Shown: positions 19,789-32,347, counted from the stretch's first letter. The stretch is 64,000 nt of DNA from an uncultured Candidatus Saccharibacteria bacterium (GCA_964434255.1 CAYSUL010000001.1:27720-91719), one strand, 5' to 3'. The notes: generated from the sequence alone by a model not told the origin. Made by a program: numbers and translations.

Positions 19789-22200
19789 TTACGGGGTTAC
19801 GGGCGTTGCGGGTATGCCGAGCGCGCCGAGTCTTGAAGGTGGGAATGGATTCTTGCCGGCGCGGAGCTGGGCGAGGTCAGCAGCTACCGCCTGCGCGTTC
19901 GCTTCGGAGAGCGCGGCGACCGACTCAAGGTCCGCTACCGCCTGCGCGTACTGCCCCTTGATAGCGTGCATGACGCCAAGGAAGAAACGCGCGTTCGCAT
20001 ACTGCGGATTGAGCTCTACCGCACGCGCGAGCGCAACGATAGCTCCATCCGTATCGTTGTTCGCGGAACGGAGGATTCCTACCTGGAAGAGCACGACTGG
20101 GTCGTTCGGCGCGAAGTACGCTGCCGCTTCCGCCGCCTGGAGCGCTTCGCGTGCGCGACCCTGCTGCACCTCGAGTTGTGAGAGGAGGAAGATGGCCTGG
20201 GTGTAGTCACGCTTGAGGTTGATGGCGGAGACGAGGCGCTCCTCGGCCGCTGGCGCATTGCCCTGCGCTATCTCGAGCTGCGCAGCGACATATTGCAGTA
20301 CCGGCGAAGTCGGATTGAGGCTTATCGCACGCTCATACGCTGTCTTGGCGTTATCGTACGCGCCCTCGATGCGGAGCGGTACGACCGTCTGGTACACATT
20401 GCCGAGCATCGCCCAGTTCTGGTAGTTATTCGGACCGAGCTTCGTCGCAGTGAGCGCGGCCTGGATGCTTCCGGAGAGCGCGGCCTGGAATGCCTGCTGC
20501 GCGGTAGCGGGTGCGAGCGTGGTGTCGGATGCGACCCGGTTCATGCGCGCGATGCCGACCGCGCTTGCGAGCTGGTACGCCCTATCGCTTGCGGCGAACC
20601 CTATGGAGCGCTCGATGGCGCCGCTCGCCTTTTCGAGGTCGCCCGCAGAGAGCGCCTGCGCGCCGTCGGTATATGCGACTGCCGCGAGGTAGCGCTCGAC
20701 GACGACGTACGCCGCGAGGATGGATGCCAGAAGGAGGAGCGTCAGCGCGAACACGATGACGAAGCCGACCCTCGGATTCTTGGAGAACACGATTCCCCAT
20801 TCGTTCGCACGGCTCGCATGGCGAAGCGATGAGACGAAGAGACCGATGAAGAGGAACCCTATCGAGAGCACAACGGGCCCAGGTACCGTGAATACCGAGA
20901 GCGTGAGCACGTAGAGGCTGGCGACGAACGAGGATACAGCGACGAAACGCATGAACGCGTCCTGCGGCAAGCGGAAGAGGAGCGTACGGACGCCCACGAA
21001 GAGGAAGATGCCAAGAAACGCGAGCCACGCGAGCACACCGACGATGCCAGTCGTCACGAGCGAGGTCGGGATGCTGCCTATACCCGAGATGAAGTCGATG
21101 TTCCAGAAGACGGTGTCATTGATAGCGCGATCCCGGAACTTGAGCCACTGCTCGCCGAACGTGCCGGGGCCCGAACCGAAGAGCGGCGAGGAGGCATAAG
21201 TATGGCTTCCCACCTCAAAGGTCGACTGCCACGACGGACGGACGTCGATGAGATTCGTACCGAATGAGGAGACGAGCGCATTCCCGATGGTAGAACCGCC
21301 AACGATGAAGAAGATGGAAATAGCGAGCGTTATCAAGGGAGCGAGCAGCGAACGGGAGTCCGTGCCGCGTGCTTCTCCTTCGGTCTCGGAGAGAAGGAGC
21401 GCGACACCATCGAGGTCGCTCTCGTCAGAAGACGAGGTGCGGTGGCGCATGATGGCCTCTATGAAGAGCGCGAGCGCGACAAGCGCGATGAGGCTCCATA
21501 TGAGCGGAGAGTTCACCAAGGCGACGATGAGGAGACCGACGGCTCCCGCAACGTAGAGGAGGGTGCGCGTGCGGGGAGCAAGCGTGAGGAGACGTAGGGC
21601 AAGCAGCGTCGTTACCACACCCAGACCGACCACCATGCCGAGGTCAGGGAAGGAACCGATGAGATTCGTCGTCGGCGCCATGAGGCTCGGCGCAAGACGG
21701 CCGACCAGGATGAATACCACTTCAGCGACGAGCACGATGCCGAGCGTGACACCGAGCACACGGAAGAAGGTTCGATATTCCTTGCCGCGACGGAACGCGA
21801 GCGCCGTTAGGCTCGCGATCGCGGCGAGCAGGAGCACGAAGCCGAACGTATCGGTCTCGAGCTCACGACCGAAGAATGCAGCCTCGGCCGAAACTCCGGA
21901 GAAGAGGGTGGAAATCGCGTACGCGAACGGAACGAGCCAGAGCGCACCGAGGAGCACCGGGGGCGGGATAACGATGTTCCCGCGGGTAAGGCGCGCGAGG
22001 ATGAACAGAGCGAGCGCGACAAGGGCTCCTATAGCGAGAATGGAGACCTTCGTATACAGGAACGGGATAATGACTACCGGCTTGAACGGGAATATCATCG
22101 CGATCGCGGCGAGCGCGACCGTGAGCACGATGGCGAGAGTCGCTGCCTTATCGAACGAGAATCTGCGTGCCGCTGCAGATGGTGCTTGGTTTTCTTGCAT
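19789..22200 (-). CDS. Polytopic membrane protein (O-antigen-ligase-like) with C-terminal TPR repeats
   Basis: Many TM helices, PLFGSGPGTF loop, TPR repeats (A..LNP.Y.NA). Confidence 0.75.
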   Translation of the reverse strand: MQENQAPSAAARRFSFDKAATLAIVLTVALAAIAMIFPFKPVVIIPFLYTKVSILAIGALVALALFILARLTRGNIVIPPPVLLGALWLVPFAYAISTLFSGVSAEAAFFGRELETDTFGFVLLLAAIASLTALAFRRGKEYRTFFRVLGVTLGIVLVAEVVFILVGRLAPSLMAPTTNLIGSFPDLGMVVGLGVVTTLLALRLLTLAPRTRTLLYVAGAVGLLIVALVNSPLIWSLIALVALALFIEAIMRHRTSSSDESDLDGVALLLSETEGEARGTDSRSLLAPLITLAISIFFIVGGSTIGNALVSSFGTNLIDVRPSWQSTFEVGSHTYASSPLFGSGPGTFGEQWLKFRDRAINDTVFWNIDFISGIGSIPTSLVTTGIVGVLAWLAFLGIFLFVGVRTLLFRLPQDAFMRFVAVSSFVASLYVLTLSVFTVPGPVVLSIGFLFIGLFVSSLRHASRANEWGIVFSKNPRVGFVIVFALTLLLLASILAAYVVVERYLAAVAYTDGAQALSAGDLEKASGAIERSIGFAASDRAYQLASAVGIARMNRVASDTTLAPATAQQAFQAALSGSIQAALTATKLGPNNYQNWAMLGNVYQTVVPLRIEGAYDNAKTAYERAISLNPTSPVLQYVAAQLEIAQGNAPAAEERLVSAINLKRDYTQAIFLLSQLEVQQGRAREALQAAEAAAYFAPNDPVVLFQVGILRSANNDTDGAIVALARAVELNPQYANARFFLGVMHAIKGQYAQAVADLESVAALSEANAQAVAADLAQLRAGKNPFPPSRLGALGIPATPVTP

Positions 22201-22331
22201 GGTTTCCTATTACACAGCCCTACTAATGGACTGATTATAGCTCGGAAGCCCGGCCTGCATCAGGCGGGACTGGGGACGAGTACTTCATGAAGCCGCTATT
22301 TGTGAAAACAGCGTATTATCGTATAATCCTA

Positions 22332-22664
22332 GCGGACCCAGGTCTGATGATCGCTGCGTATCGCAAGATGCGTAGAGGAAAGTCCGAACACAGGCCGCAT
22401 TCGTGCGGCAGCACGGTAGCGGGTAACGCCCGTCCGCCGTAAGGCGCGAGGTGCGAACAGAGACGTCCGCGGCGAAAGCCAAGGAGGCCCTTCGGGGTCA
22501 GGCCCGCCGAGATGCGGGATTGAAACGGCTAAATCCTTACCACTGTGCAAGGCCGTGCCCTTCGGGGAGCGCCGCTCGAGGCTATCGGTAACGATAGTCC
22601 CAGATAGATGGTCATCGCTCGTGGTCTCCACGAGTACAGAATTCGGCTTATGGCCTGGATCCGC
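22332..22664 (+). ncRNA. rnpB: RNase P RNA
   Basis: GAGGAAAGTCC near 5' end, ACAGAATTCGGCTTAT near 3' end, complementary ends; TATAAT at 22322. Confidence 0.93.
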
Positions 22665-22699
22665 TATACATGAAAAGGCTCGCCGCGAGGCGAGTCTTT

Positions 22700-23176
22700 T
22701 CAATTCCCCTGGTACGAAGAGATATCGAGCTTCGTGCCAGTATCCCACCCATGATCCTTCGCATATCCGGCCCTGGTCTCGAGCGCGAACGAGGCGGGCA
22801 CCGCGGGAGCGAGTACGCTCGGGTAGCTAGCAGGAGAGACCGAGTGCTCGATGTGCACAATGGTCCCGTCGTCCGACAGCCAGACGATATCGATAGCGAA
22901 AAGCATGTCCTTCATCCAGAACCCGTGCTTCGCTGCCTCCTCGAATATGAAAAGCATGCCGTAGTCGTCCGCGATGTCCTTCCTTCCCGAGAGTCCCTGC
23001 ATCCGTTTCTCCTGGGTATCCGCGAGCTCTATCTCGCGCGGAAGCGTTTCCGCCTTGCTGACTACCACATCCGCGGCAGATGATTCCGCTGGCGCATGAA
23101 CACGGGTATAGATAAGGAGCGCGGCGAGTATGACGATTATGAGTGCGAGCCCAGCGATGAGGAGGCGGGTACGCAT
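22700..23176 (-). CDS. DUF192 family protein
   Basis: E.ADT...R..GLS.R, GMLF.F, FWMK.M.F.IDI, LE..AG. Confidence 0.88.
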   Translation of the reverse strand: MRTRLLIAGLALIIVILAALLIYTRVHAPAESSAADVVVSKAETLPREIELADTQEKRMQGLSGRKDIADDYGMLFIFEEAAKHGFWMKDMLFAIDIVWLSDDGTIVHIEHSVSPASYPSVLAPAVPASFALETRAGYAKDHGWDTGTKLDISSYQGN

Positions 23177-23179
23177 ATG

Positions 23180-24163
23180 CTATCCGAGGGGCTCTTCTGG
23201 ATTTGCGCCGATGGTCGGAGGATCGAACACATACCTATCGGCTGCAACGAAGAGTCCGGCCATCATTACGATGAGGAAGCTCGCAGCCAGCACGTGCGGG
23301 ACGTGGTGTCGTTTCAGTTCAAGCCGGGTTACGAATGCGAGGAGTACAAGCAACAACAGCGCGCTCACTACATACAGCGTTCGCAGCAGCATCTTAGGAG
23401 ACGCGGCAACATGAGCAAGCGGAGACGCATACGAAGGTGCATCAGCTTGCGCGATAACGGATGGAGCCTCTGCATTCTCATTCCGTATCGAAGCGGCGGG
23501 AGCGGCGTCGGAAGCTGAGAATTCCGGCTCCCCCGCTGTCTCTCCGAGTACTTCGGTGGTCCCGATGGCGATGTCCTCAGCACCAGCAGGTTCGCTCACT
23601 GCGACCACTACCGGTGCGGCTACCGCAGTCTTGGCTGGGGTACCGAACATCTGCACGACGAACGTCGTCTTCTGTCCTTTGTACGTCCCTACGGCCGTCG
23701 CTATACCTATCTCCGTAAATTTGCCATTGAGTATATTCGCGCGGTGCGTGGGGGAGTCCATCCACGCGTCCTCCACGTCGTCCGAGTCAGTGAAGTCGAC
23801 CGCAAGATTCTCTCCCGCGTACGAGAACGAATACCCAGCCTCCCGGAACCAATGCCACGAGGTTTTTCCGTCGGGTGAATTGTGCGCGAAGTATCCCTTC
23901 TCGGCCATATCGTCCGCTTTGGCTTGTGCAGCCTCGTCGAGAACCGGGTTCCTCGTGAGCATGCCGAGGTCCTCGTCTTTGCGGTCCTCGTTGGCGAGGT
24001 CGACGAGGACCGCAGAGATGACCGCGGCCATGTTTTCCGAGGTGAACATCGTACGTGCGTAGAACGCGGTGGCACCAAGGAGCGCGACAGCGAAGAGCGT
24101 GACCAGGGTCATCCCGATGACGCTGAATACCTGATGGGTGAGGTGTGAGCTCTTCCTTTTCAC
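23180..24163 (-). CDS. CAP (SCP) domain membrane protein
   Basis: AQ.KA.DM...YF.H.SP.G, AGENLA, WM.SP.HR.NIL. Confidence 0.88.
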   Translation of the reverse strand: MKRKSSHLTHQVFSVIGMTLVTLFAVALLGATAFYARTMFTSENMAAVISAVLVDLANEDRKDEDLGMLTRNPVLDEAAQAKADDMAEKGYFAHNSPDGKTSWHWFREAGYSFSYAGENLAVDFTDSDDVEDAWMDSPTHRANILNGKFTEIGIATAVGTYKGQKTTFVVQMFGTPAKTAVAAPVVVAVSEPAGAEDIAIGTTEVLGETAGEPEFSASDAAPAASIRNENAEAPSVIAQADAPSYASPLAHVAASPKMLLRTLYVVSALLLLVLLAFVTRLELKRHHVPHVLAASFLIVMMAGLFVAADRYVFDPPTIGANPEEPLG

Positions 24164-24241
24164 GGAATTATTTTACCATTCGTTTAGGATACGACAAGAC
24201 CCCGCAAGCGGGGCCTTGTGCATTCCCTCTCTATCGTCCGC

Positions 24242-27200
24242 TTACGGAAGCGGCGGGAATGGCGCGATGTCCGGGCAGTAGATGTCGTTTATCTTCCACT
24301 GCGTCGTCTTGTACACGTAGCCCGTGGAATCATCCGCGTCATGGATGCCTTCTGCGGGATACGGGAACCATGGCTTGAGCACGTCCTCCCAATGCTCCTT
24401 CTGGAAGGCATGGACTGCCGCATCCGTCATGGCTCCGAAGAAGCCGGTGAGCGGTAGACCTGCGGCCATGTGCTCGTTGAGGAACCCTTGGAGCTCAAGA
24501 ACCTCGGTCGCGTCGTTCGCGATGCCCATCCTCATGAAGGTGGACAGAAGCGCGCTGCAGGCAGCATCGGTCGTAGCACCGAGCACCGCTCCTGCCGCCT
24601 TCTTCTTGCTTGAACCTCCACCACCACCTCCACTTGAAGCGATCGTAACCGTGTCATCGTCTGGCGCAATCGGTGTTGGTTCAAAGTCGTACGTAGTGAT
24701 GAGATCGGTCAGTGCAACTACAACTTTATCGAGATACCCGCCGACGCCGGTATCGCTGCCGCTCGTGTCGCCGACGTTCAGCGCGATTACGCGTACGGTT
24801 GAAGAACCAGTACTGAGCGCGTCCATGCCTGCAGGCGATGCTGGGCATGGGTACGGTGACGCAACTCCTGGTGCCCCTGTACGAGTAGTCACGGGATAGC
24901 TCTGCGTCGGATCGAAGGTTACCGTCGTGAATGCGCCGGTCGAACCGGTCACCGGCACAACGCTATAACGGCAGTCGTAGAACTTGGTCGGGCTCGACTC
25001 GCCGAAGTTCGCATAGACGCTCATGTAGAAGTGCTCTTCGACGGTGGCGTCGGGAGCAGCAATCTTGAAATCGTACGAGATGCTATCGATGTCAGCTATC
25101 TGTTCCTGAAGGAAGAGCTCGCCGATGAACTTATCGCACCCAGTTTGATCGACACCTCCCTTACAGTTGCCGTTACTTCCGTCGTAATCGTTAACGATCG
25201 GTTCTACGTAGAGACTACCGCTACCAATCGACGCATTACCGAGAAGGAATGCGAACGGCGACTGTGTCGTGGTATCGCGATTGAACATCCATCCGAGCTG
25301 ATTCTCGCCCGCTGACGTGTTGCCAGTGATGACTATTGTCTGCTCGTCGGGTTCGGTCGGCTCCCCGTCATCGAGAACATCATCGCAATCCTCGTTCACT
25401 ACGATCACATAGCGATCGCTCGTTAGGTCGGTGAATTCCGGCGCTGCGACGGTTATCGTCGTGGTCGCTACTGCATCCGCGTAGGATGTCCCCCACTTGT
25501 AGCCGACGAGGCGGTACTTGTCCGCGACGCACCGCTCTCCGTTCGCGACGACAACCGAGCCATCCGTTACTTCCGAAGTGGTGTAGTCGGCAGGAGCGTC
25601 CATAAGCGCGGTGTTGGCCGCATGCTGGAACGTTGCTCCTCCATGATTATTCCCGAGCACATACGCGCCGCTCGTGGTCGCGCCACCGTTGAGGTTCGCG
25701 GTCGTCCAGGTGGCGGTCATAGGGAAGTCAGGCACATTCGCATTGTCTACGATCTGCCCCGTCGATTCCTCATCCTGGAGGTGCTTGTAGATGTGGACCT
25801 GGAGAGTGGTTGGGTCTGGTTCCTCGTTCGCGTCATCACAATCTTCGTTCACCACGATGACGTAACGGTCGGAGGTGATGTCAGTGAAGGATGGTGCGGT
25901 CGTACTCACCTCATCGTTCTCCGCTTCAAGGAGAGTTGTGCCGGTCTTGTAGCCGACGAGGCGATACTTCCCTGGCGTGCACTGCGCATCGGCCGGAAGA
26001 ACCACACTACCATCGGTCGTTTCCTCGGTCGCGTAGTCAGCAGGTGAGGTCATGGCGCTCGTTGTTGCGCCATAGGTAGGTGCAGCGAGGCTGTAGCTCC
26101 CTGAGCCTGCGCCGAGGTTAGCTGCGTCCCACGAGGAGGTCATTGGGAACGCTGGCGCGCCTGAGCCATCGACTATCTGTTCCGTACCGTTCGCGGTCTC
26201 GAGATACTTCAAGATATATACCTTCAGCATCTCTTGTTCAGGGGGAGTGTCATCGCACTCCGTTCCGTCGATAGTGAGCTTGTAGAGGAGACCGCCAGGA
26301 TTGGTCTGATAGGTTCCGTTCGCGAGCGGGAAGTTATCTACGGTGAACACGAGTGTGTTAGCGCCGACATTGAAGTCGCCCGCGGGGATGGTTATGACGT
26401 CCTGACCGGCAGCGGTGTAGTTCTTCTCCTGCGGATCCGCGCCTATTTCAACGCCGTTCAGCTCTACCGTGTAGCCGTTATCAGCTGCGATGAGGAGCGT
26501 CGAGCTTGCGACTGCCCCATCGAGCCAGAAGGTCTTCGTGAAGGTTTCCGTCTTCCCAATGACCGTATCGGTCGCTGGATCCTCACCCCATATCCAGGAG
26601 GCGCTCTGGATGAGCGCGGTCCACGAGTTATGGATGAAGGTGACGAGCGCGGAGGCGGTACCGCCTTCAAGCGTCGTCGTATCGCTTACAAGGACGCACT
26701 GATCGACTTCCTCCTCCGGCTCCTCGCAGACACCGTTCATTCCCTTGATAGCATCGAGGTCGAAGCCGTCCGCATCATTCTGATGGAGATTAGCGTTCGT
26801 CGTATCGGTGAGCTTCACGTACCGGAACCATGGGAGACCCGTCTCGCTCACGTCGAGGCTGGTACTCCCGCCGGCGCCGTTGCCAGCCTGTTCGGTAAGA
26901 GGGAACCAGGTGCTGCCATCTTGCGACACAGTCACTGTAGCCGTCTCTGACGGGTATATGCCATTCGTTACTTCCTGTACGAGGAGGTCATCCCCTGCAC
27001 TGTCCGGGATGTACGAGTCAAACTCAATGACGATGGAGCCACCGAACCCGAGGCTGAAGAAGGATCCGTCGCTTGCGCCAAGCGCTGCGCTTGGATTCGA
27101 GCGTGCAGGGAGGACTGCACTGCCATTCTTCCGGAGACCTTGATCGGAATCCTCTACCGCATACGCCCAGGCATCACCAGGAACGCACTGCGGAGGCGGA

Positions 27201-28000
27201 GGCGTTCCGCAATCTGTATCATCGATGGTGAGCTTGTACTTGAGACCTGCAGGGTTCTTTGCGGGAGTTCCGCCTACCTGCGCCCAGTTCTTCACGGTGA
27301 AGGCGAGGGTGTGGCTTCCCGCTCCGAGCTCCGCAGCGGAAATGAGTATCGTGTCCTCCTGACCTGCATGGAAGTTGTCTTCGTCGTTCGAGCTCCCGAT
27401 AGGATTCCCATCGAGCGTGACCGCGTACGAATTGTCCGCCGCAATAACGAGCGTACCGCCCGACGAGTCGTCCGTGATGGAGAAGGTCTTCGTGAATACC
27501 TCGGTGACGTCATTGACGGGGTCAGCGATAGGGTTCTCGCCCCATATCCATTTCGCCAGCACATCGACTACCGCGGTCCACCCCGCATTCAAGGGTGACA
27601 CCTCAACGGAGGCATCTCCTCCTTCGAGCGTCGTCGTGTCGCTTAGGATGACGCACTGCGGTCCTTCGTCTATAACAACGGCCGGTTCCACTACCAGTTC
27701 AGCAGCGCGTTCGAGTACCGGTTCTTCCGTCTCTTCTACTATCTCCTCCTCTACGGGAGGAACTACGCTTTCTTCAGGCGGCACGGGTGCTGCATCTACC
27801 GATGGAGTCGGCACCTGTTCTTCTGTCTCCGACACGACCTCTTCTACGACCTCGGTCTCCACCGTAGGAACGATATCGTTCGTCTGCGCGATGGCGATAA
27901 GAGGGAAGTTGGTCGCGACGAGTGCGAACATCAAAAGGCCAGCATTGAAAGCCGCAAAGGTTTTGCGGAGTGCCGGCATGCGAGCATCATTCTTTTTCAT
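24242..28000 (-). CDS. Large secreted/surface protein with duplicated domains and C-terminal peptidoglycan-binding-like domain
   Basis: Signal-like N-terminus, two pairs of internal repeats, SSGGGGGG linker, LQ.FLN...TG.FG..T..AV..FQ. Confidence 0.8.
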   Translation of the reverse strand: MKKNDARMPALRKTFAAFNAGLLMFALVATNFPLIAIAQTNDIVPTVETEVVEEVVSETEEQVPTPSVDAAPVPPEESVVPPVEEEIVEETEEPVLERAAELVVEPAVVIDEGPQCVILSDTTTLEGGDASVEVSPLNAGWTAVVDVLAKWIWGENPIADPVNDVTEVFTKTFSITDDSSGGTLVIAADNSYAVTLDGNPIGSSNDEDNFHAGQEDTILISAAELGAGSHTLAFTVKNWAQVGGTPAKNPAGLKYKLTIDDTDCGTPPPPQCVPGDAWAYAVEDSDQGLRKNGSAVLPARSNPSAALGASDGSFFSLGFGGSIVIEFDSYIPDSAGDDLLVQEVTNGIYPSETATVTVSQDGSTWFPLTEQAGNGAGGSTSLDVSETGLPWFRYVKLTDTTNANLHQNDADGFDLDAIKGMNGVCEEPEEEVDQCVLVSDTTTLEGGTASALVTFIHNSWTALIQSASWIWGEDPATDTVIGKTETFTKTFWLDGAVASSTLLIAADNGYTVELNGVEIGADPQEKNYTAAGQDVITIPAGDFNVGANTLVFTVDNFPLANGTYQTNPGGLLYKLTIDGTECDDTPPEQEMLKVYILKYLETANGTEQIVDGSGAPAFPMTSSWDAANLGAGSGSYSLAAPTYGATTSAMTSPADYATEETTDGSVVLPADAQCTPGKYRLVGYKTGTTLLEAENDEVSTTAPSFTDITSDRYVIVVNEDCDDANEEPDPTTLQVHIYKHLQDEESTGQIVDNANVPDFPMTATWTTANLNGGATTSGAYVLGNNHGGATFQHAANTALMDAPADYTTSEVTDGSVVVANGERCVADKYRLVGYKWGTSYADAVATTTITVAAPEFTDLTSDRYVIVVNEDCDDVLDDGEPTEPDEQTIVITGNTSAGENQLGWMFNRDTTTQSPFAFLLGNASIGSGSLYVEPIVNDYDGSNGNCKGGVDQTGCDKFIGELFLQEQIADIDSISYDFKIAAPDATVEEHFYMSVYANFGESSPTKFYDCRYSVVPVTGSTGAFTTVTFDPTQSYPVTTRTGAPGVASPYPCPASPAGMDALSTGSSTVRVIALNVGDTSGSDTGVGGYLDKVVVALTDLITTYDFEPTPIAPDDDTVTIASSGGGGGGSSKKKAAGAVLGATTDAACSALLSTFMRMGIANDATEVLELQGFLNEHMAAGLPLTGFFGAMTDAAVHAFQKEHWEDVLKPWFPYPAEGIHDADDSTGYVYKTTQWKINDIYCPDIAPFPPLP

Positions 28001-28260
28001 GGGTAATGGATTAAGTGCGCACGTGTATGAAGCGCTTGATAAAAATCCTGTTGCGCGAGCCCCTCGCGCCGAACTTCCCCGCATCCATAGAAAATAGATG
28101 CCGTACCATGTGTACCTAGCATGAATAGTGGCACTCGATATATGAGGCGTCAATGAAGTCAAGAACTGTTGACAACCTGTGGATATGCTCCAGGCTGCTG
28201 ATTCTGCATACTGAATCGACTAAAAGCCCGTAGCAATGCTACAGGCCTTTAGATTCGTTG

Positions 28261-28345
28261 CGGAGGCGGAGAGATTCGAACTCTCGGAACCTTTCGGTTC
28301 ACACGCTTTCCAAGCGTGCGCACTAGACCGCTATGCGACGCCTCC
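28261..28345 (-). tRNA. tRNA-Ser(GGA)
   Basis: Cloverleaf with long variable arm, anticodon loop TTGGAAA. Confidence 0.93.
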
Positions 28346-28407
28346 GGGTAGTGCTGTTATAGCACAAAACGTTAAGGGCGGCGCTGAATTGCGCCGCCCT
28401 GTCCTCG

Positions 28408-28668
28408 TTATTTGATTCGAACGGTGTCGATGCGTTCCCCTCGATGCTTACGATGCCGCGGCGGAGCGCCATGATGGCAGCTATTGCCGTACTGGGTACC
28501 GCCGGACCGGGCCAGGGCTTCAGGCGTCACGCCCGCGCCATGCTCGTAGAAATTGTCCTGCTGTTTCCGATGGAAACGCTGGAAACGAGCCGTATGCTCT
28601 TCCTGCGAAACCCCCTCGAACTCATCCACGTTCATCTCGACCCCATTCACCCTGATCGTGTTAGACAC
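28408..28668 (-). CDS. Hypothetical protein (orphan)
   Basis: GTG start with GAGGGG SD, TTGACT-N17-GATAGT upstream, GC hairpin downstream. Confidence 0.5.
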   Translation of the reverse strand: MSNTIRVNGVEMNVDEFEGVSQEEHTARFQRFHRKQQDNFYEHGAGVTPEALARSGGTQYGNSCHHGAPPRHRKHRGERIDTVRIK

Positions 28669-28726
28669 TAATGATCTCCCCTCTAAAGCCAGCCAGCACT
28701 ATCGCACGCTAAATCATTAAAGTCAA

Positions 28727-29623
28727 TTACTCCGCTCGTGTCGTTCCGAGGAGCTTCTTGATGCGATCCTCGATAGGTGGGTGGGTCGCGAAGAGCTTGT
28801 TCGTGAAGCTTGAAGCTCGGGCTCCGAACGGGTTCCCTATGAACAGGTGCGCAGTCGCGTGGTTCGCGCTCTTCATCGGAGCCGCATAGCTACCAATCTT
28901 CCCGAGCGCGGAAGCGAGACCCTCCGGATAGCGGGTGAGGAGCGCGCCCGAGGAGTCCGCGAGGTATTCACGACGGCGGGAAATAGCGAGCTGTATGAGC
29001 TGGGCCGCGATAGGAGCAAGAATGATGCCCACGATAGCGAGTACGGCGAGGAGCGCGCCACCCTTACCGCTGTCACGGTCGCCTCCTCCGAACATGCTCA
29101 TGCGAAGGAAGATGTCGGCGATGATGGCAAGGAATCCGGCGAGTACGACCGCCACCGTCATCACGAGCATGTCCTTGTTCTTCACGTGCGAGAGTTCGTG
29201 CGCGATGACGCCCTCGAGCTCAGTGCGGTCGAGCACGGCGAGGAGACCCGTGGTCGCGACGACAACCGCGTGCTTCTCGTCGCGTCCGGTCGCGAACGCG
29301 TTCGGTGCTGCATCATCTATCACATACAGCTTCGGCATGGGGAGCCCTGCCGTTATGGCGAGATTCTCCGTGACCGTATAGAGGTCGAAGTATTCCGCGC
29401 GCGTCGCGGGCTTCGCGCTCGTCATCGAGAGCACGAGCTTGTCCGAGAACCAGTAGCTCCCCACGTTCATGAGAACGGAGAAGATGACGGCGCCGTAGAG
29501 GATGGCCGGCGAGCCGTAGTACCAGGAGATGGCCCAACCCACCGCTATGACGAGCAGGAAGAAGCCGAGCATGAGTGCCCAGGTCTTGAAGACGTTGCGT
29601 GAGCGTTCTTGGTAGAGATTCAT
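28727..29623 (-). CDS. htpX: Zinc metalloprotease HtpX
   Basis: PNAFATGR, AHELSH, SR.REYLAD, THPP. Confidence 0.95.
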   Translation of the reverse strand: MNLYQERSRNVFKTWALMLGFFLLVIAVGWAISWYYGSPAILYGAVIFSVLMNVGSYWFSDKLVLSMTSAKPATRAEYFDLYTVTENLAITAGLPMPKLYVIDDAAPNAFATGRDEKHAVVVATTGLLAVLDRTELEGVIAHELSHVKNKDMLVMTVAVVLAGFLAIIADIFLRMSMFGGGDRDSGKGGALLAVLAIVGIILAPIAAQLIQLAISRRREYLADSSGALLTRYPEGLASALGKIGSYAAPMKSANHATAHLFIGNPFGARASSFTNKLFATHPPIEDRIKKLLGTTRAE

Positions 29624-29660
29624 GGAATGCAGTGACGCGGTGCGAACGCGCGTCTTACGA

Positions 29661-30221
29661 TTAGAAGGAAACCTTCACTGGCTCGCGAGCGGCTGACTCG
29701 CTGTCCGCGAGCTCGAAGAGCTCCATCTGCTTGAAGCCGAAGCTACCTGCGATGACGTTGCCGGGGAATTGCTCGATGGCAGTGTTGAGCGTCTGGACGT
29801 TCGTGTTGTAGAAGCGACGGGAGGCCATGACCTTGTTCTCGGTGTCGGAGAGCTCGCGCTGGAGCTCAAGGAAGTTGGTGTTCGCCTTGAGGTCAGGATA
29901 CGCCTCGGACACTGCGAAGAGGGACTTGAGCGCTCCGGTGAGCATGTTCTCCGCCTGTGCGTGCTCGCCTACCGTCTGCGCGCCCATGGCTGCAGTGCGC
30001 GCTTCCGTAACTTTCGCGAGCGTCTGGCTCTCGTGCGCTGCGTATCCCTTCACCGTCTCGATGAGGTTCGGGATGAGGTCATAGCGGCGCTTCATCTGGA
30101 CCTCGATATCCGACCACGCTTCCTTAGCGCGATTGCGGAGCGATACGAACCCGTTGAACGCGACGATTGCCCAGAGCACGATGAGGGCGAGGATGCCCAG
30201 AACGATATAAAGTATGGTCAT
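29661..30221 (-). CDS. lemA: LemA family protein
   Basis: WSDI.VQ.KRR.DLIPNL, E.YPDLKA..NF; adjacent to htpX. Confidence 0.95.
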   Translation of the reverse strand: MTILYIVLGILALIVLWAIVAFNGFVSLRNRAKEAWSDIEVQMKRRYDLIPNLIETVKGYAAHESQTLAKVTEARTAAMGAQTVGEHAQAENMLTGALKSLFAVSEAYPDLKANTNFLELQRELSDTENKVMASRRFYNTNVQTLNTAIEQFPGNVIAGSFGFKQMELFELADSESAAREPVKVSF

Positions 30222-30320
30222 ATACCTATAGTATAGCGGATTGCAGAAAGCGCTCAATAGTTGCCTAAAGATGAGCTCGGCGCTATTGTCCGGGCAGGTA
30301 GCAGGAAGAGGAAACGCGAG

Positions 30321-30488
30321 ATGAACGAAGAGAAAGCAGCGGCCATGGTCCTCGGCGCAGGCGCGGCCCTTATATGCCTCGCAGCCAGTGCGCTATACGA
30401 AGGAGGGAAGGCACTCGCACGCGCCTTCCACCTTGCGACGAAGGCTTCGTCCGAGGAACTTAAGCGGGCAAGCACTAAATCTTCATAG
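30321..30488 (+). CDS. Small hypothetical protein
   Basis: Short ORF with hydrophobic segment and purine-rich upstream; start uncertain. Confidence 0.35.
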   Translation: MNEEKAAAMVLGAGAALICLAASALYEGGKALARAFHLATKASSEELKRASTKSS

Positions 30489-30673
30489 CGCCGTCGCGGA
30501 CCCCGGGGTCCGCGACGAATCGTTTTATCCACTTCTAGATCATCATGCCCCGGCTCGCTCTGTGGAGCATCCCTACTAGGCAGCGCGTTCCCTTCGTTCC
30601 CGCTGAATAGGGAACTGAACGAAAGTGCCGCGGTCCCATGACGGATCGCGGCACTCGTCTTTCGTTATTCTGA

Positions 30674-32326
<1,653 letters not shown>

Positions 32327-32347
32327 TTAGTAGGGAAGTCGACTCTG

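Noticed and set aside
22266-22285. GGGACTGGGGACGAG resembling the cassette motif upstream of rnpB
   Set aside because: Lacks the TGTTGGAAC half and has no associated cargo or tRNA fragment.
22329-22748. ORFs overlapping the 22.3-22.7 kb region
   Set aside because: The region is explained by RNase P RNA.
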